The notes beneath the pieces are model-generated. The model saw nothing but the letters and a program-made list of their open reading frames with translations. It searched no databases and had not been told where the DNA came from. The translations under genes were made by a program, and so were the position numbers. A stretch of 64,000 nucleotides of DNA. Origin: Dimorphilus gyrociliatus (taxonomy: Eukaryota; Animalia; Annelida). Every line of letters starts with the position of its first letter. The stretch's first letter is position 1. The stretch covers positions 372,001-436,000 of the forward strand of contig CAJFCJ010000022.1 of the NCBI GenBank assembly GCA_904063045.1, written 5' to 3'. This document shows, one piece after another, positions 58,627 to 64,000 of this stretch.

Positions 58627-59690
58627 GACAACTGAAGAAACGAATTAATTAAATTTTTAACCTCGAAAAAAGCGATTCAAAGGAGCAAATGGGAAATAAA
58701 ACATATATTTAGTTTAATCAACCAGAAAATGTCTTTGTCTTTTGCGTTCTCAATTGAAACAAATTAAAGAAGAGAGACAATGAAAAAGGAATATCAAATT
58801 AATACTTTTAACTTAAACTCTTTAAATTTTACTCAATACAAAGCCTAGTTATCTAGTCAATAAACTATCGACACCAGGCGTTTAATACTAGGAGACAGAC
58901 AGAGAGAGAGAGGGAGGAAGAAGGGAAGGTAACTAAAGATTAAAATATGTAGCCCTTTCTATTATCTCAAAGAGAGGAGACATTATCTATCATATGTAAT
59001 ATGTTACTCTATATCTGCAATATGTATTTATATAAAAATAAAGCAACTTTAAATACGTACTTTCTATTTTTTGACTAAGTCAAAAAAAGAAACAAAAACA
59101 GCGTCTAAAATCTCTATTTTTATCTTAGCTTTCTATTTACATCAAACGTTAAGAAGAGAAAAAAACAATTATAATTCCAAGTGCAAAGTTAAGTTTAATA
59201 AAACAGCAAAATGACTTTGGGCAAACATGATAAAAAGATAAATGATAATATGACAAAAGTTGACTGAATAACGCTGAATGAAATGTTAATTTAATGAAAG
59301 CAAATTTGTTAAAGGTAAAGAATTAATGAATTAATTCATTAGGCCTATTTAATGCTATTTGTTTAAAAAACTATTCAATTCTATGAAAAAGGTTTGGCGT
59401 ACAAATTCTCTATTAGATAAACAATTTAATGAGGCAATATAGAAGGACTTACTCCTTTCATCAATACATTTAAAAGCTACATAAATCAGTCTCTTTTATT
59501 CATACATATTCAATTTTGTTCTGCTTTATCATTAAGTAAACAGTTTTAAAATAAACTACTTGACAATCATTAGAAGATTAACTAATTAATTATTAAGTAT
59601 TAATTAGAATGAATATAGTTGCACTAGTCGACTAAATTGTGGGTGAAATATCTATACAGTTTTTTATTATCAATTCATAAAGAGAGAATT

Positions 59691-62600
59691 ATGATTTCAA
59701 TAATCTTTGCAGTAAGTTATCTAATACTATTTGATCGGTTGATTAAAAGTGAAGATGTACAATTTTCAACAATCTATATGCACGAGATAAAAACTGGTAA
59801 ATCATATCCAGTTATAACTTTAAATAAAACTGTTGAAAAGTGGAAGACGGTAATTATTACTTTCAGTATTATTTCATACATATTGTATATACTGTATATT
59901 TGTATATTTTATATTTATATAGATTAATATAAATACAAACAATTACATTGATTTGGCATTTATGAACAATTGTGAAATAACTCTACAAAAATTCACAATC
60001 CCCACTGAGAATTTCTCAAAAATTAATGTTATAGCCAATGTGGATATTGAAATTGTAATTAGCCAATGTAAAGAATATATTATAAAGTTTATAAAGCTTA
60101 TACCATCACTAGTATTTGTCTACAACGGAGGTTTTTCTTTTAGTTTCTTCTTACTTTACAATTTACCTCTTTTTTCTTGATTTGTAAATAAATTCTTTTT
60201 ATAGATAGATTTCAACAGTTTAAAAGTCTTCTAACTATATTAAACTATCCTGAAACTCCTCTCGGTTTTATACGGGCAGGACAAATTAGAGGTTTTCAAC
60301 CTTTTATCTTTACAGAGAGTAATATGTCAAATGGTTTGATGGGAGGCTCTACAAATATCTTACAGTTTAGTAAAATTACTTATCAAGCTAAAGAAGAAAC
60401 AGGGTATATACATATTTGTAAAATTTATCATATATAGGAAAATTGCTCTAGTCTTCCTTTCCTTTTGCAGATGGTTAGAGTATTTTCTAGGAAAGACGCC
60501 TATTTGTGTATTTTTTGAAAATGATTCGACTGATACCAGAGAGATACATTTTACATTTGACAGGGCTGCTACTATCAGTAGCGTTACTATTACTCTTGCA
60601 ACAAATGAGAAAGGTATTAAATCAAACAATTAAACATTGTATACAATGGTTATTGAGTATTTATACTCTTCTAGACGGAAACAAATTAATCGTTAAACAG
60701 AATAACGGATATGACAACTGTAATTTTCAATCATCCAATAAAAATGTATATGTTTTTAAATGCGGAGCAGTTAAAGAAGCCAACTCTAACCCTCAATTAA
60801 GCCTTACTATACCGTATGGAAAGAATTATAGTATATGTAGATTGAACGTTAAATCACTAAATTTAGGATTAGATGGAAAATTAAAGAACTTTAAAGATTG
60901 TTCTGCAAACAAAGGAAATACTTTTCTGTTTGATGGAAAATTTAAAAAATCTCTAGCGTTTTATAATCCAACATGTTCACAATTTACTATCGTTTTACCC
61001 TTTAAAAGCAGAATTAAATTAACTAATCTTTATATGCAAGGTAATAAATGTACTTAGAAGGTCGTTTAATTATTATTAAAACAATAGATACTTACCGAAT
61101 TACTTTTATAAGAATTCATAGAGTCACAATGTCAATTCGAAATGTATATTGAAGATGTACAGATTAAAGTACACTGTGAAATAACATTAAAAGTTTCCGA
61201 TGATCTTTACTATCTACAAATTGGGTCAGATGAAATAGGCAGCAATATAACATTTTACAATAAGAAAGAGAAAGTATATTTGTTAGAAATTGAAATTTAT
61301 GGAGGTAAACTATTTAATATGCATTTCTATTATAAATAGAACAAAAGGAAAACCTCTTTCTTTCAGAACGAATAGATAACATTTCAAGTGAAAAACAAAG
61401 CAAATATAATGATTTATACTTTAAAAATAAAATAGATGATACATTCCTTACGTGGAAAGTCAGTAATCATAATTTGGATAGTTTATGCCTTCAAAATATG
61501 ATTGATAAGGATAACGAAACAAACTGTCTTATGCGAACTAAAGAGAAACATCTACATATTCGAAATTTCTTATTGTTTGAATACCGTATAACAGTTATAA
61601 GAATTTTATTAACAATTCCACCTTTCATATCAAATGTTACCGACGATTCTTTAATCAATTCATTTGAAGTATCTCTATTTAAACAAACAACTTGGATTCA
61701 AAGTGAAAAACAGACGATTATTTCTGAATTTAATGGTCTGAAGCAGGAGTATCTCTTTAATGGATCTTTTGTAATAGCCGATGAAGTAAGAATATTGACA
61801 AATTTCCATAAATTCGATATAAGAATACATGAAATTGAAGTTTATGGAGATTTATATCGACGTTTCGCCAAGATAAAATCCCAATTAATTATATTCAGTG
61901 ACCATAGTTTAAGGATTGGTGCCCTAAAGAGAGATTCCTTGTACAATTGTTCATCCTTCTTTCAACTTCACCAGCCAAGGCAGCCTTATACTTATAATTG
62001 GATAACATTAATCTTTAATTCATACGTTAGGGTTCATAGTTTAGCAATTTCAACAAAGACAAACTTATTGAATGTTGATATTTCTAGTGCAGGTAAAATA
62101 AGCAAATAAAAGAAAATTAATTATCTATTAATAGCAGTAATCAATTTCCTTTAGCAACTGGATTAACTTTACAAGAGGACTCTGTAAAATATTTCCCACT
62201 ATCCAAACCCAGACGGGTATGTAAAACATTCTTGAACATTCCTTCGCCTGGTACTTTTGTCTCATGTCATAAAGATGTCGTGGGCTATCAACTAACTATT
62301 GCTAGCTTGAATAGCAATGAAATGTTTAAGTTGTGCCACGTCAAGATATGGGGTCAAATGACGAATCTGGAGGAAATGTCGCTGTTGAGAATGAAACGAT
62401 TTTTACTTATGCCAAGTATCAGTCAAGTCTTAAAACTGGATACGATTTCCACCGTTACCCATTTGACGATATCGGCAATTTCTGGTTGGCAAAATTAAAT
62501 ATGCTAATTTTAGCTTTTGATTACATTTTAATTCATTCTCCTTTTCAAGGACCTCTGTATGATCTAGAAGTTTCTATGCTAAATGACGAAACAAAGAATT

Positions 62601-63101
62601 ACGAAATCATTTACACCAGTGATTTTCAAAGGTATAGGTCGGAAGATATGGTTTCTACAAAGCACATAAGAGGTCGCTATATATCATTAAAAATGAACAA
62701 GAAGACGGAGATAGGTCTAACTGTTTATGGAAATTTTACAAGATCGAGTAAGAGTCATATTAAAATATAATATTTTAATTTAAACATAAAATTAATTAGG
62801 ACAATCAACATTAATGGCAAAAGATATGACAGCTATTCATAGAGTACTCAATCCAAGTGCCAAATCCTTAAGAGAATGCTCAGATAGTTGTCTCTCCCAT
62901 GCAATGACAGATTGTTTTACCTTTGTATGGGAAAGTAGGGGCGTGTGTTACATTTCTAAAAAGGCAATAACGTCAGGACACTCAGAAGATTTAGAGGAAT
63001 TAAAGCTAAATTACAATCCATTCCTATCCAAGCTTGAGGGGTCGACTATCTTTTCGTTACACTACAGCGATAGAAATAACACTATGAATTGTATAAATTA
63101 A
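59691..63101 (+). CDS. Secreted multi-module protein (degenerate discoidin/fucolectin-like modules plus C-terminal PAN/Apple domain); apparent 1-nt frameshift near 62352
   Basis: Exons 59691-59849, 59923-60130, 60205-60403, 60471-60613, 60675-61040, 61122-61304, 61367-62092, 62155-62747 (frame switch inside) and 62800-63101. Module ends LLEIEIYG, IHEIEVYG, LCHVKIWG and GRYISL...LTVYG. PAN-like SLRECSDSCLSHAMTDCFTFVWESRGVC. Confidence 0.65.
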
Positions 63102-63131
63102 CTACACATATGTATATTTGCATGTATGTGG

Positions 63132-63160
63132 GTGTGTGTGTGTGTGTTTGTGTGTTTGTG
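63132..63160. repeat. Imperfect (GT)n microsatellite
   Basis: GT run with TT interruptions just downstream of the last gene. Confidence 0.8.
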
Positions 63161-64000
63161 TGGGTTTACCTTTTTTTATTAATTAATATAACGTGATGGT
63201 AATAAACATGAATTAAAAATCCTAAAGACGGTGTCAATAATATAGCTAATTTCTTATCTTTGTTTGTTTTTTATTTACAAATAAGGCTACACTCTAATTT
63301 TTTAATACACGATATGCTTAATTTAGAAACAACGCTTAAACAAATAAACAAATTTAAGGAGATTTCTTTTGTTTATGACTGTAGACTATTTGTATTTATA
63401 CCGGACCTGTTTGTTCTCGTTTACTAATGGAAAGTCACCTTGAGTAGGAAGTGACGCTTGTTTATTTATAAAACCAACACTGCAATTAAAGCGACTTTAG
63501 AGGAACAGGATTTTATTCTTAAGGATTGAAATTTTAACCATTTCCTAGTGTGATGGACTTAAAAGACATCGCCAGGGTGTCATAGAATGGTCAACGTTTT
63601 TAACTGCTACCGATTATTTCCTCATTAAAATAATTGAAATGGGAATTTTTTTCAAACGGTTAACCTAATTTCTCTTCTTTCCATCGTGATAAATACTTGA
63701 TGACATTATACAATATGTACAATACATATACAGAGTGTATTCAATAATTTATTCCCTCCTTTCTCCTGTATAATGCTCTTCTAGGTATGAGACCAAAAAT
63801 CTTTCTTCGGGGTAAGATACATAAACAATTACTTTCTATTTCCATCTCACCTTCTACAAACCTCTCTGGTTAGTAATTTCTTAATAATAGTTTTTATTAA
63901 CCATCGTGTAAGTATCAATAAAATCTTTTATCAAGTATAATTAGCCTAGGGAACTTTAGGCCTTTGAGAAAGAACTGCGTCATAGCAGATATCCTATTGA

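Overview
AT-rich (roughly 25-30% GC by eye) eukaryotic genomic DNA, gene-dense, with mostly 50-100 nt GT-AG introns. The style suggests a compact invertebrate (lophotrochozoan/annelid-like) genome; this is inference only. Thirteen protein-coding loci were modelled by hand from splice sites and reading-frame phase: a 5'-truncated class A GPCR; a short secreted Notch-ligand-like (MNNL/C2) protein; a TASK-type K2P channel; a 3-exon peptide-receptor-like GPCR; two paralogous claudin/PMP22-like tetraspan genes; two secreted multi-module (discoidin/fucolectin-like plus C-terminal PAN) proteins, one with an apparent frameshift; an intronless LRR transmembrane receptor; NSUN7; ACSF2; a PGRMC/MAPR protein; and an SLC22 transporter. 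The count of thirteen includes both members of each paralog pair. There is also a decayed Merlin-like transposase, a possible P-element relic and many microsatellites. No tRNA, rRNA or CRISPR was seen. Most interesting points: (1) at least 14 perfect TATACWGTATA sites that match Tc1/mariner excision footprints; (2) a Delta-like protein that stops at the start of the DSL domain; (3) NSUN7 with the motif VI catalytic Cys replaced by Arg; (4) a PGRMC-like protein ending in a CaaX box; (5) PPxY-rich tails on two neighbouring membrane proteins. All counts and alignments were made by eye and from memory; no database searches were run.
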